Of a stretch of DNA of 64,000 nucleotides, positions 16,729 through 24,895 are shown piece after piece. The DNA comes from an uncultured Acidobacteriota bacterium (GTDB lineage: Bacteria; Acidobacteriota; Polarisedimenticolia; J045). Made by a program: the position numbers and the translations under genes. The notes under the pieces are model-generated. The model did not search any database. It saw nothing but the letters and a program-made list of their open reading frames with translations, and had not been told where the DNA came from. The stretch's first letter is position 1, and every line of letters begins with the position of its first letter. The stretch covers positions 32,001-96,000 of the forward strand of contig CAVPCQ010000021.1 of NCBI GenBank assembly GCA_963702425.1, in the 5' to 3' direction.

Positions 16729-19242
16729 ATGTCCCAAGTCCCGCTCCGCCGCGCTCGGCATTCCGCCGGCCCGTCCCTGCTCGCCGTCCTGTCGATCCTG
16801 GCACTCGCACTCCTGCTCCCCCACGCGTCGGCAGGGCCGGGCGGCACCGGCTACACGCTCGTCGGCTGGAACGACCTCGGCATGCACTGCATGGACGCCG
16901 ACTTCTCCGTCTTCTCGATCCTGCCGCCGTTCAACACGATCCACGCGCAGCTGATCGACGCGCGAGGGAACCTGGTCGTCAACCCGGGCGGGATCACGAT
17001 CACCTACCAGGCGGTGGCCGACCCGCAGGGCTCGTTCAACTCGACCTCGAAGGACAAGACCAACTTCTGGCAGTACGTGAAGCCGATCTACGGCGCCGAC
17101 CTCGCGGTCGACCACGGACTCGCGGGCCAGGCGATGCCGGGCCTCTCGAACACTCCCCAACCGATGTCGTTCGACGCGGTGCAGGCCTGGTTCTCGGCGG
17201 TCGGGATCCCGATCACGCCCACCGACGACCATGGCACGAAGAACGCCTACCCGATGATGCGGCTCACCGCGCGCGACGCGTCGGGGGCGGTGCTGGCCAC
17301 GACCGACATCGTGCTGCCGGTGTCGGACGAGATGGACTGCCGAGCCTGTCACGGCTCGAACAGCAACGGGGACGCGCGGCCGCGCGGCGGCTGGGTCAAC
17401 AACCCGGACCCGCAGATCGACTACCGCCTCAACATCCTGTTGCTGCACGACGACCGGCGCGACAACCGGACCAAGTACGAGCAGACGCTGACGGCGGCGG
17501 GCTACAACACGGGCGGCCTCTACGCAACCGCGCACGACGACGGCCATCCGATCCTCTGCGCGGCCTGTCACCCCTCGAACGCGCTGCCGGGGAGCGGGCA
17601 GGCCGGGATGCCGCAGCTGACGCACTCGGTCCATTCCATCCACGACAACGTCCAGGACCCGCTGACGGGCATGACGCTGGGCCAGAGCGCCAACCGCTCG
17701 GCCTGCTACCGCTGCCACCCCGGCTCGGCGACCCGCTGCCTGCGAGGCGCGATGGGCGCCTCCGTCGCCGCCGACGGCACGATGGCGATGCAGTGCCAGA
17801 GCTGCCACGGCACGATGAGCGAGGTCGGCTCGACCGCCCGCACGGGCTGGCTCGATCAGCCCGCCTGCCAGAACTGCCACAGCGGCGACGCGATGGCCAA
17901 CGCCGGGCAGATCCGGTACACGACCGCGTTCCTGCCGAACGGCACGCGCCGCCAGCCCGCGAACCAGCGGTTCGCCACCAACCCGAACGTCCCCGCTCCG
18001 GGCTTCGATCTCTACCGCTTCTCCTACGGGCACGGCGGGGTGGCCTGCGAGGCGTGCCACGGCTCGACGCACGCCGAGTATCCGGCCGCCCACGGCAACG
18101 ACAACGTGCAGAGCGTCAAGCTGCAGGGGAATGTGGGTGTCCTGTCGGACTGCCGGACGTGCCACAACCGCAACCCGGGCACGGTGACGGGCGGCCCGCA
18201 CGGCATGCACCCGGTCGGGCAGTCGTGGGTCGGGGATCACCCCGACGCCGCGGAGGACGGCGGGGCGGGACGCTGCAAGGCCTGCCACGGCAGCGACTAC
18301 AAGGGGACCGTCCTTTCGCTCGCGCTCGGCGACCGCCAGCTCAGCTCGGACTTCGGCAAGCGCAACTTCTGGCGCGGCTTCCGGATCTCCTGCTACGCCT
18401 GCCACAACGGACCGGATTCCGAGAGCGCGACGAACAACCGTGCTCCCACGGTCAGCGACGTGACGGTGACGGTCACGCCAGGCACGCCGCGCACCGTCGC
18501 GTTGAGCGGCACGGACAAGGACAAGAACCAGACCCTGACCTTCCGCGTGATCACCCAGCCGCAGCACGCGAGCGTCGGCATCACCGGGACCACGGCGACG
18601 ATCTTCCCCGACGCCGGCTATCTGGGGAACGACAGCTTCACCTTCGCCGCCTGGGACGGCCTGACCGACTCGAATCTCGGCACGGCCACGCTGACCGTCA
18701 GCGGGCAGGGCTGCCGGCTGACGTGCGCGGCGACCGTCCCGGCCGGCGCCGGCGAGGGTGCGAGCGTCTCCTTCCAAGGGAACGCGACCGCCAACGGCTG
18801 CACCGCGGCGCCCCAGTACGCGTGGGCCTTCGGCGACGGCCAGAACGGCACCGGCTCGCTGATCCAGCACGCCTATCCCCTGTCCGGCAGCTACGCCTGG
18901 ACGATGACCGCCAGCGCCGACGGGACCTCCTGCAACAGCTCCGGCTCGATCACGGTCGCGGGCGCGCCGCCGGCGATCACGAAGATCAGCAAGTCGGGAG
19001 GCAACTCCTTCAAGCTCGCCGTGACCGGCACCAACTTCCACAGCCGGTTGGCGGTCACGATCGCCGGCCAGCTCTGGACCGACGTCAAGTGGAAAAGCGC
19101 GACCTCGATCACCCTGAAGGGCGGCAAGGCTCTCAAGGCCCTGTTCCCCAAGAAGACCTGGGTGCCGGTGGCGATCACCAACCTCGACGACGGGCTCTCG
19201 GACACCGTGCAGTACAACGTGTCAACGAATAAGATCCAGTGA
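16729..19242 (+). CDS. Secreted nonaheme c-type cytochrome with Ig-like, PKD and Lys-rich C-terminal domains
   Basis: Signal peptide; WNDLGMHC N-terminal motif; nine CxxCH (CRACH, CAACH, CYRCH, CQSCH, CQNCH, CEACH, CRTCH, CKACH, CYACH); Big_9-like GNDSFTF; PKD YAWAFGDG. Confidence 0.9.
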   Translation: MSQVPLRRARHSAGPSLLAVLSILALALLLPHASAGPGGTGYTLVGWNDLGMHCMDADFSVFSILPPFNTIHAQLIDARGNLVVNPGGITITYQAVADPQGSFNSTSKDKTNFWQYVKPIYGADLAVDHGLAGQAMPGLSNTPQPMSFDAVQAWFSAVGIPITPTDDHGTKNAYPMMRLTARDASGAVLATTDIVLPVSDEMDCRACHGSNSNGDARPRGGWVNNPDPQIDYRLNILLLHDDRRDNRTKYEQTLTAAGYNTGGLYATAHDDGHPILCAACHPSNALPGSGQAGMPQLTHSVHSIHDNVQDPLTGMTLGQSANRSACYRCHPGSATRCLRGAMGASVAADGTMAMQCQSCHGTMSEVGSTARTGWLDQPACQNCHSGDAMANAGQIRYTTAFLPNGTRRQPANQRFATNPNVPAPGFDLYRFSYGHGGVACEACHGSTHAEYPAAHGNDNVQSVKLQGNVGVLSDCRTCHNRNPGTVTGGPHGMHPVGQSWVGDHPDAAEDGGAGRCKACHGSDYKGTVLSLALGDRQLSSDFGKRNFWRGFRISCYACHNGPDSESATNNRAPTVSDVTVTVTPGTPRTVALSGTDKDKNQTLTFRVITQPQHASVGITGTTATIFPDAGYLGNDSFTFAAWDGLTDSNLGTATLTVSGQGCRLTCAATVPAGAGEGASVSFQGNATANGCTAAPQYAWAFGDGQNGTGSLIQHAYPLSGSYAWTMTASADGTSCNSSGSITVAGAPPAITKISKSGGNSFKLAVTGTNFHSRLAVTIAGQLWTDVKWKSATSITLKGGKALKALFPKKTWVPVAITNLDDGLSDTVQYNVSTNKIQ

Positions 19243-19250
19243 GGCGTGGC

Positions 19251-19285
19251 GCGTCGCTCGGGGCGGTCTACGCCCCGAGCGACGC
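19251..19285. terminator. Perfect 15-bp stem hairpin downstream of the cytochrome gene
   Basis: GCGTCGCTCGGGGCG-GTCTA-CGCCCCGAGCGACGC; no U-tract. Confidence 0.5.
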
Positions 19286-19309
19286 CACCGCCGCCGGCTG
19301 GAGGCGTGC

Positions 19310-19771
19310 GTGAAGATCCTCGTCGCTCCCCTCGTCCTACTCGTCGGCCTCGGGCTGCTCGGCGCCGGTGGCTGTGCCTCCGGTCCGGAGGCCCGCCGCA
19401 CGGTGACGGCCCCCGGCGCCCCCGCCGCGATCGGCCCCTACTCCCACGCCGTCGAGGCCGACGACACGCTCTGGGTCTCGGGCCAGGTCGGGATCGACCC
19501 GGCGACCGGTCAGATGGTCCCCGGCGGGATCGAGGCCGAGACCCGGCAGGTCCTGAAGAACCTCGAGGCGGTGCTGAAGGCGGCCGGCTACACGGTGCGC
19601 GATGTCGTCCAGGCCCAGGTCTTCCTGGCCGACATGAACGACTTCGCCGCGATGAACGCGATCTACGCGGAGACCTTCAAGAGCGAGCCGCCCGCACGCG
19701 CCACGGTGCAGGTCGCGCGGCTGCCGAGGGACGCGCGGATCGAGATCGCGTGCGTGGCGGTGAAGCGCTGA
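19310..19771 (+). CDS. RidA/YjgF family enamine deaminase with N-terminal lipoprotein-like signal
   Basis: APAAIGPYSHAV, VSGQVGIDP, DFAAMNAIYA, PPARATVQVARLP, IEIAC; N-terminus MKILVAPLVLLVGLGLLGAGGC. Confidence 0.9.
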   Translation: MKILVAPLVLLVGLGLLGAGGCASGPEARRTVTAPGAPAAIGPYSHAVEADDTLWVSGQVGIDPATGQMVPGGIEAETRQVLKNLEAVLKAAGYTVRDVVQAQVFLADMNDFAAMNAIYAETFKSEPPARATVQVARLPRDARIEIACVAVKR

Positions 19772-19899
19772 CGGGGGCCATCCCGCTGCGGCGGGTCGCG
19801 GAGGTCCGGGTCCGGCGTTGTGCCCCGGCCGCGAAGGAATCTTAAGTCATTCATAATAAATGAGATGCGGCCTCATTGAGGCTCCGCGAAAGATCGGCC

Positions 19900-19941
19900 T
19901 TGCCTCCAGAAGAAATAGTGATATAGTCCTCTATGTCACTA
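19900..19941 (+). promoter_or_regulatory. Sigma70-like promoter overlapped by a YtrA/GntR-type inverted-repeat operator
   Basis: TTGCCT(19900)-16 bp-TATAGT(19922); inverted repeat TAGTGATATAG-TCCT-CTATGTCACTA (19916..19941, one mismatch). Confidence 0.7.
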
Positions 19942-19957
19942 GATCTTCGAGGCCGCC

Positions 19958-20749
19958 ATGACGCTCGCCCCCGTGCCCTCCCGCCCGCTCCCGCCGATCG
20001 AGCCCGGCGCCGTCCCCTCGCTGCGCGAGGTGCGTCTCGCCCGCCGCGTCCAGGCCCGGCTCTTCCCGCAACACGCCGTGACGGAAGGCTCGCTCGAGGC
20101 GGCGGGGTTCTCGCGCCCCGCGGCCGGCGTCGGCGGCGACTTCTTCGACTTCCTGCCGATCGCGCCGGGACGGATCGCGCTCGCGATCGGCGACGCGTGC
20201 GGCAAGGGGCTGCCCGCGGCGCTGATCGTCACCGCGCTGCAGTCCGCGTTGCGCAGCCACTACGCGCTGCCGGCCGGGGACCTCGCCGCGCGGGTCCGCG
20301 CGCTCAACCGCCTGCTCTTCGAGCTGACGGAGCCCGAGCACTACGCGACGCTCTTCCTCTGCGAGTACGACGACGCGTCGGGGCAACTGCGCTACGCCAA
20401 CTGCGGCCACCCCACGCCGCTGGTCGTCCGGCACGACGGCGCCGTCCTGCGGCTGGACTCGACCGGCGTCCCGCTCGGCCTCTTCCCGTCGTGGCGGGGC
20501 GACACGGATACCGCCGTGCTCGCGCCCGGCGACGCCCTGCTTCTGGTCACGGACGGGATCTCGGAACGGATCGACGCGACCGGTGCGTTCGTGAGCGAGA
20601 GCCGGCTGATCGACGCCTTCCGCGCGGGACGGGGCCGCGCGATCGACCTGCTCGTGCGCGAGCTGGTCGACGGGATGCCGGGCGCCGGCGGGGCCTTCCC
20701 GTGCGACGACGCGACCGTCGTCGTCGCACGGCGGCGCGCGGCGCGGTGA
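19958..20749 (+). CDS. Stand-alone PP2C/SpoIIE (RsbU-like) phosphatase
   Basis: LARRVQARLFP, VGGDFFDF, IGDACGKG, YANCGH, LLVTDGI, DDATVV. Confidence 0.9.
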   Translation: MTLAPVPSRPLPPIEPGAVPSLREVRLARRVQARLFPQHAVTEGSLEAAGFSRPAAGVGGDFFDFLPIAPGRIALAIGDACGKGLPAALIVTALQSALRSHYALPAGDLAARVRALNRLLFELTEPEHYATLFLCEYDDASGQLRYANCGHPTPLVVRHDGAVLRLDSTGVPLGLFPSWRGDTDTAVLAPGDALLLVTDGISERIDATGAFVSESRLIDAFRAGRGRAIDLLVRELVDGMPGAGGAFPCDDATVVVARRRAAR

Positions 20750-20756
20750 GGTCGCG

Positions 20757-21140
20757 ATGCTGATCCACGTCCAGCCGGGCGACGAGCTGCCGATCTACCG
20801 CCAGATCGTGCGGCAGGTCCTGGACGCGATCGCCGGCGGGCGGCTCGCGCCCGGGGAGCGGATGCCGTCGCACCGCGAGCTGGCGGCGCAACTGGTGATC
20901 GCGCCGCTGACGGTCAAGAAGGCCTACGACGAGCTGGAGCGGGACGGTCTGATCGAGACGCAGCGCGGGCGCGGAACCTTCGTCAGCGAGCGCGCCGCGC
21001 CGCCCGCCGATCCGGCCGAGAACCGCGAGCGTCTGCGCGATGCCGCCGAGCGCCTGCTCTCGCAGGCCGCGCTCTGCTGCGTCCCGCTCGGCGACGTGAT
21101 GAATCTGCTCGAGGAGATCGAGCGGGAGAAGAGACCATGA
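20757..21140 (+). CDS. GntR family, YtrA subfamily transcriptional regulator
   Basis: PIYRQI, GERMPSHRELA, TVKKAYDELERDGLI.TQRGRGTFV; short C-terminal domain. Confidence 0.9.
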   Translation: MLIHVQPGDELPIYRQIVRQVLDAIAGGRLAPGERMPSHRELAAQLVIAPLTVKKAYDELERDGLIETQRGRGTFVSERAAPPADPAENRERLRDAAERLLSQAALCCVPLGDVMNLLEEIEREKRP

Positions 21141-22032
21141 GCGCCCTCCGATTTCGAAGACGTGCACCGCGCCTACCGGCGCGGGCAGGACGTGCTGGCC
21201 GGCGTGAGCTTCGCGGTCGAGCCGGGACAGGTCGTCGGGCTGATCGGCGAGAACGGGGCCGGCAAGACGACCCTGATCCGGATCGCGATGGGGATGCTGG
21301 TCGCCCAGCGCGGGCGGGTGCGGGTCTTCGGGCTCGACCCGCGCGAGCGGCCGGTCGAGGTCAAGCGCCGGATCGGCTACGTGGCCGAGGACCAGATCCT
21401 CCCGCCGTACCTGACCGTCGGCGAGGTGATCGCGCTGCACCGCTCGCTCTTCCCGACCTGGGACGACCGCTCGGCCCGCGTCCTGGCCGAGCGCTTCCAG
21501 GTCGACCCCGCGGTCGAAGGTGCGGACGCTCTCGCGGGGACAGGCCCGCCGCGTCGCGCTGCTGTGCGCCGTCGCGCACCGTCCCGAGCTGCTGCTGCTC
21601 GACGAGCCGGCGAGCGGGCTCGATCCCGCGGCGCGGCGCGAGTTCCTCGAGACCTCGATCGAGCTGCTCAACGAGGCCGGGACGACGATCCTGTTCTCCT
21701 CGCACTACATGACCGACGTCGAGCGGATGGCCGACCGGATCGTCATGCTGCACGGCGGCCGGGTCCTGATCGACGAGGGGCTGGACGAGCTGCGCGAGGG
21801 GTTCGCGCTGGCGCTGGTGCCGCGCACGCCGGGCGTCACCCGCGAGCAGCTGCTGGCGCTGCCGGGTTGCGTCGGGGTCCGCGAGCGCGCCGACGCGCTG
21901 CACGCGATCTTCCACCTCGACCCGCGCCGCGCGGAGGAGCAGCTGGCCCGGGACCTGGCCGGCTCCGGCGCGCAGTGCCGGTCGATCGCGCTCGAGGACA
22001 TGTTCGTCGAGCTGGTCGGGGGGCAGCCATGA
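21137..22032 (+). CDS. ABC transporter ATP-binding protein (YtrB-like), two apparent frameshifts
   Basis: GENGAGKTT in ORF 21162; LSRGQARRV and LLLDEPASGLD in ORF 21520; frame changes near 21150 and 21515. Confidence 0.85.
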
Positions 22033-23453
22033 ACCTGCGCCTGGTGCGGAACGACGCGGCCTTCCGCGCGAGCCCGGCGTGGGCCCTGCTCGCCGGGCTC
22101 AACGCGGGGGTCGTCTCGGGCCTGATCGTGATGGCGGCCCTGGGCCGCGCGGCCAGCCCGCCGGTCGGCGTGATCGCCCTCGCGATCTGGCTCTCGGTCG
22201 GGGTCTACCTGGTCGCCGGACCGGTCACGACCCGCGCCACCGAGCACGAGCTGGCGCTCCCGCTCTCGGGCCGCCGGCTCTGGCTCCACCACGCGCTCGC
22301 CGTCCTGGTCGGCTGCCTCCTGATCGTGGCCGTGGGCGCGATCCTGCTCGGGCTGCTCGCGGCGGTCGCGGCGCTTCGGGGGCCCGCGCGGCTCTCGGTC
22401 GCTGCGCCGACGGCGCTCGCGGCCGCGGCGTCGCTGCTGGCGGTGGCCCTGATCGAGGCGGCCGCGCGGGGCGAGGCCGAGCTGGCGGGGCGGTGGCAGC
22501 ACCGTGCGTGGCGCGTCGCCGTGGTGCTGGCGATCGCGGTCGCGGTCGTCTCTGCCGGGCGCGCGCCCTGGGTGGCCGCGCTCGGCCTGCTCGCGCTGGC
22601 CGCGCTCTGCGGGGCCTTCGCCCTGCGCGGCGTGCCGCCGGCGCTCGAACTCGTACCGCGCGCCACGGTCGCCGCGCCGCGGCGGGACGCGCGCGCGGGG
22701 AGGGACGCGTCCTCCGACCGGACGGCGACGCACCAGCGGGCGCGGCTCGCGCCGCTCCTCTTCCGGTGGCTGCCGCACTTCTCGCGCTACGGCTGGCTCG
22801 TCTTCGCCGCGCTCCTCGGCTTCCTGTTCGCGGGCGGCGCCGGCGCGCTGTCGGAAGACCCCGACCTCGCGGGGATGCGCCTGTTCTACCTCTACCTCGT
22901 CGCGTACATGCTGATGTCGACCAACGGCCCGCTGCTGCGGCCGCTGCGCTTCGTCGATCCGCTGCCGCTGCCGCGCGGGCGGGTGTTCGCGCGGTTGTTC
23001 GCGCCGCCCCTGGTCGGGATCGCGGCCGGAATGGCCGCCGGGTCGGCGGTCCAGACGGTCCCGTTCGGGGTGCTGGCGCTCGAACTCGCGCTGGTCGTGA
23101 CGCTGTGGCTGCTCGCGCTCGCCGCGCTGCTGACGGCCTACCGCCCCGGGGTGCCGGGCGCGGTCCGGCAGGCGCTGTACTGGGGCCCGCTCGCCCTGTT
23201 CCTGATCATCCCGATGCGCAGCCTGATCCTGGGGGTGAGCCGGCGCACGCGCCCGTTCGCGCTCGAGGCCCGCCTGGAGGTCTCCGCCGCCGAACTGATG
23301 AAGTCCCCTGCCGGCGCGCTCGCGCTGGGGCTGGGCGCGGCGGCGCTCGTCGCGTTCGCCGCGTGGCTGGCGCTGCGCCAGTTCCGCCGGATGGAGATCC
23401 CCGTGCGCTCGGTGCGCTACGAGCTGGTGGAGTGGGCGTGCGAGGACCGCTGA
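22029..23453 (+). CDS. Putative ABC permease / polytopic membrane protein
   Basis: ATG overlaps the ATPase stop; roughly a dozen hydrophobic segments. Confidence 0.7.
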   Translation: MNLRLVRNDAAFRASPAWALLAGLNAGVVSGLIVMAALGRAASPPVGVIALAIWLSVGVYLVAGPVTTRATEHELALPLSGRRLWLHHALAVLVGCLLIVAVGAILLGLLAAVAALRGPARLSVAAPTALAAAASLLAVALIEAAARGEAELAGRWQHRAWRVAVVLAIAVAVVSAGRAPWVAALGLLALAALCGAFALRGVPPALELVPRATVAAPRRDARAGRDASSDRTATHQRARLAPLLFRWLPHFSRYGWLVFAALLGFLFAGGAGALSEDPDLAGMRLFYLYLVAYMLMSTNGPLLRPLRFVDPLPLPRGRVFARLFAPPLVGIAAGMAAGSAVQTVPFGVLALELALVVTLWLLALAALLTAYRPGVPGAVRQALYWGPLALFLIIPMRSLILGVSRRTRPFALEARLEVSAAELMKSPAGALALGLGAAALVAFAAWLALRQFRRMEIPVRSVRYELVEWACEDR

Positions 23454-23492
23454 GGCGAAGCGGATCGGGGGCCGGCCGCGCCGCAGGCGTCG

Positions 23493-24608
23493 CTATCTCG
23501 TCGCCCGCGTGGCTGCGGCGGTCCGGCGAACGAAGTCCCTGATCGCGCGCTGCATCACGGCGACGTCTTCTCCCTCGGCGCCGTGCCGGGAATGCGGCAG
23601 CATCAGGAGCGACTTCTGCGGCGCCGGAGTGGCGATCGCGTCGAGGATCGCCTGGCCGACCTCGGGCGGGGCGACCAGGTCCTTCTCCCCGTAGACGAGC
23701 AGGGTGGGAATCGCCAGCCTCGGGACCGTATCGCGCAGGTCGCTCGAGGTGACCACCCGGAGCATGAACCGCTCGGCCCGCACCGTCCTACGGTGGTTGA
23801 GGTAGTACGCCCAGCCATTGAAGGGCGAGAACACGGAGGCCCGGAACGCGGACCAGATCCGCTCCAGCAAGCTCGTGGAGACGCCCATCGCCCGCCCCAC
23901 GTACTCGTCGTGCCGGCCGGCATCGCGCAGCGTGACAAGCGCCGGGGTCGCCCGGTAGAACTCGAGCGCCTCGCCCCACGTGGGCACGTCGATCCCGGTA
24001 GCGATCCTCTCCTCGGCGTGCCGGACGATCCTGGGCCTCGCGGCCTGGTACGCGAGGTCCTGCTCGTGGTTCCCCTTGTAGCCGATGTAGCCGGCGATGC
24101 CGGCCTGGTTCTCCCGCCAGCTGGCCACGTGGGTCAGGTAGCTCATGGCGACGGCGTGGCCCCAGCTCTGGCCGATCAGGAAGAGGTGCTCGACGTGGTG
24201 TCGCCTCCGCAGCTCGCGGACGACCAGCGCAAGGTCCTCGCCGAAGTCCTCGGGCAGGCTCTCGTCGGGATCCGCCGGGCCGCGCGACATGCCCGAATGA
24301 CGCTGGTCCCAGTAGACGACGGAGAAGTCGGACTCGAGGAACTGCAGAGGCGACGGATGATCGAACCGGCCGTCGGCCGGGCTGACCTCGAGGATGGACT
24401 CGAGCGTGCCGCTGCTGCCGGGGCCGCCGTGGACGAAGACGACGAAGACGCGGGACGCCGTGTTCCCCCGGACCCAGACCGGTATCCGGGCCCCCTGGCG
24501 GTCGACCCAGAAGTACTCCTTCGGCCAGGCCTTGATCACGGTCGAGCCGAGGATGACCGCCACGAGCAGGAGGCTTGCAGCGAGCAGGCCGGAGAGAGTT
24601 CGCTTCAT
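23493..24608 (-). CDS. Alpha/beta hydrolase (proline iminopeptidase-like) with N-terminal signal or anchor
   Basis: HGGPG, YWDQRHSG, GQSWG nucleophile elbow, YGEKD, HSRH. Confidence 0.85.
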   Translation of the reverse strand: MKRTLSGLLAASLLLVAVILGSTVIKAWPKEYFWVDRQGARIPVWVRGNTASRVFVVFVHGGPGSSGTLESILEVSPADGRFDHPSPLQFLESDFSVVYWDQRHSGMSRGPADPDESLPEDFGEDLALVVRELRRRHHVEHLFLIGQSWGHAVAMSYLTHVASWRENQAGIAGYIGYKGNHEQDLAYQAARPRIVRHAEERIATGIDVPTWGEALEFYRATPALVTLRDAGRHDEYVGRAMGVSTSLLERIWSAFRASVFSPFNGWAYYLNHRRTVRAERFMLRVVTSSDLRDTVPRLAIPTLLVYGEKDLVAPPEVGQAILDAIATPAPQKSLLMLPHSRHGAEGEDVAVMQRAIRDFVRRTAAATRATR

Positions 24609-24895
24609 CGGAAACGCCCCCGGTGTCGGTCAGCGGCGCGTCGCCTCGCCCGCGCGCGCCGGACGATGGAGCAAGGGTAACACCGGGCGCTCGGCGGACG
24701 GACAGCCGCGCGGAGGTCCGTTCCCGCGTTGACGGCGGCGCCGGTTCCGGAGAGCGATCCCGGGGCCTGACCCTCGGTGACCTGCACCCGCGACCTCGGC
24801 GCGCGGAGGCTCGCCGTGCCGCCGGGCCCCTCGCGCAGTATTCGCTCGCCGCGGCCGGGGAAGGCCGTAGACTGGCCTCTCGCCGCGGAGGCTCC

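Noticed and set aside
21162-23453. Apparent ATPase-permease fusion (763 aa)
   Set aside because: The Walker B half lies in ORF 21520..22032 and the permease has its own ATG at 22029.
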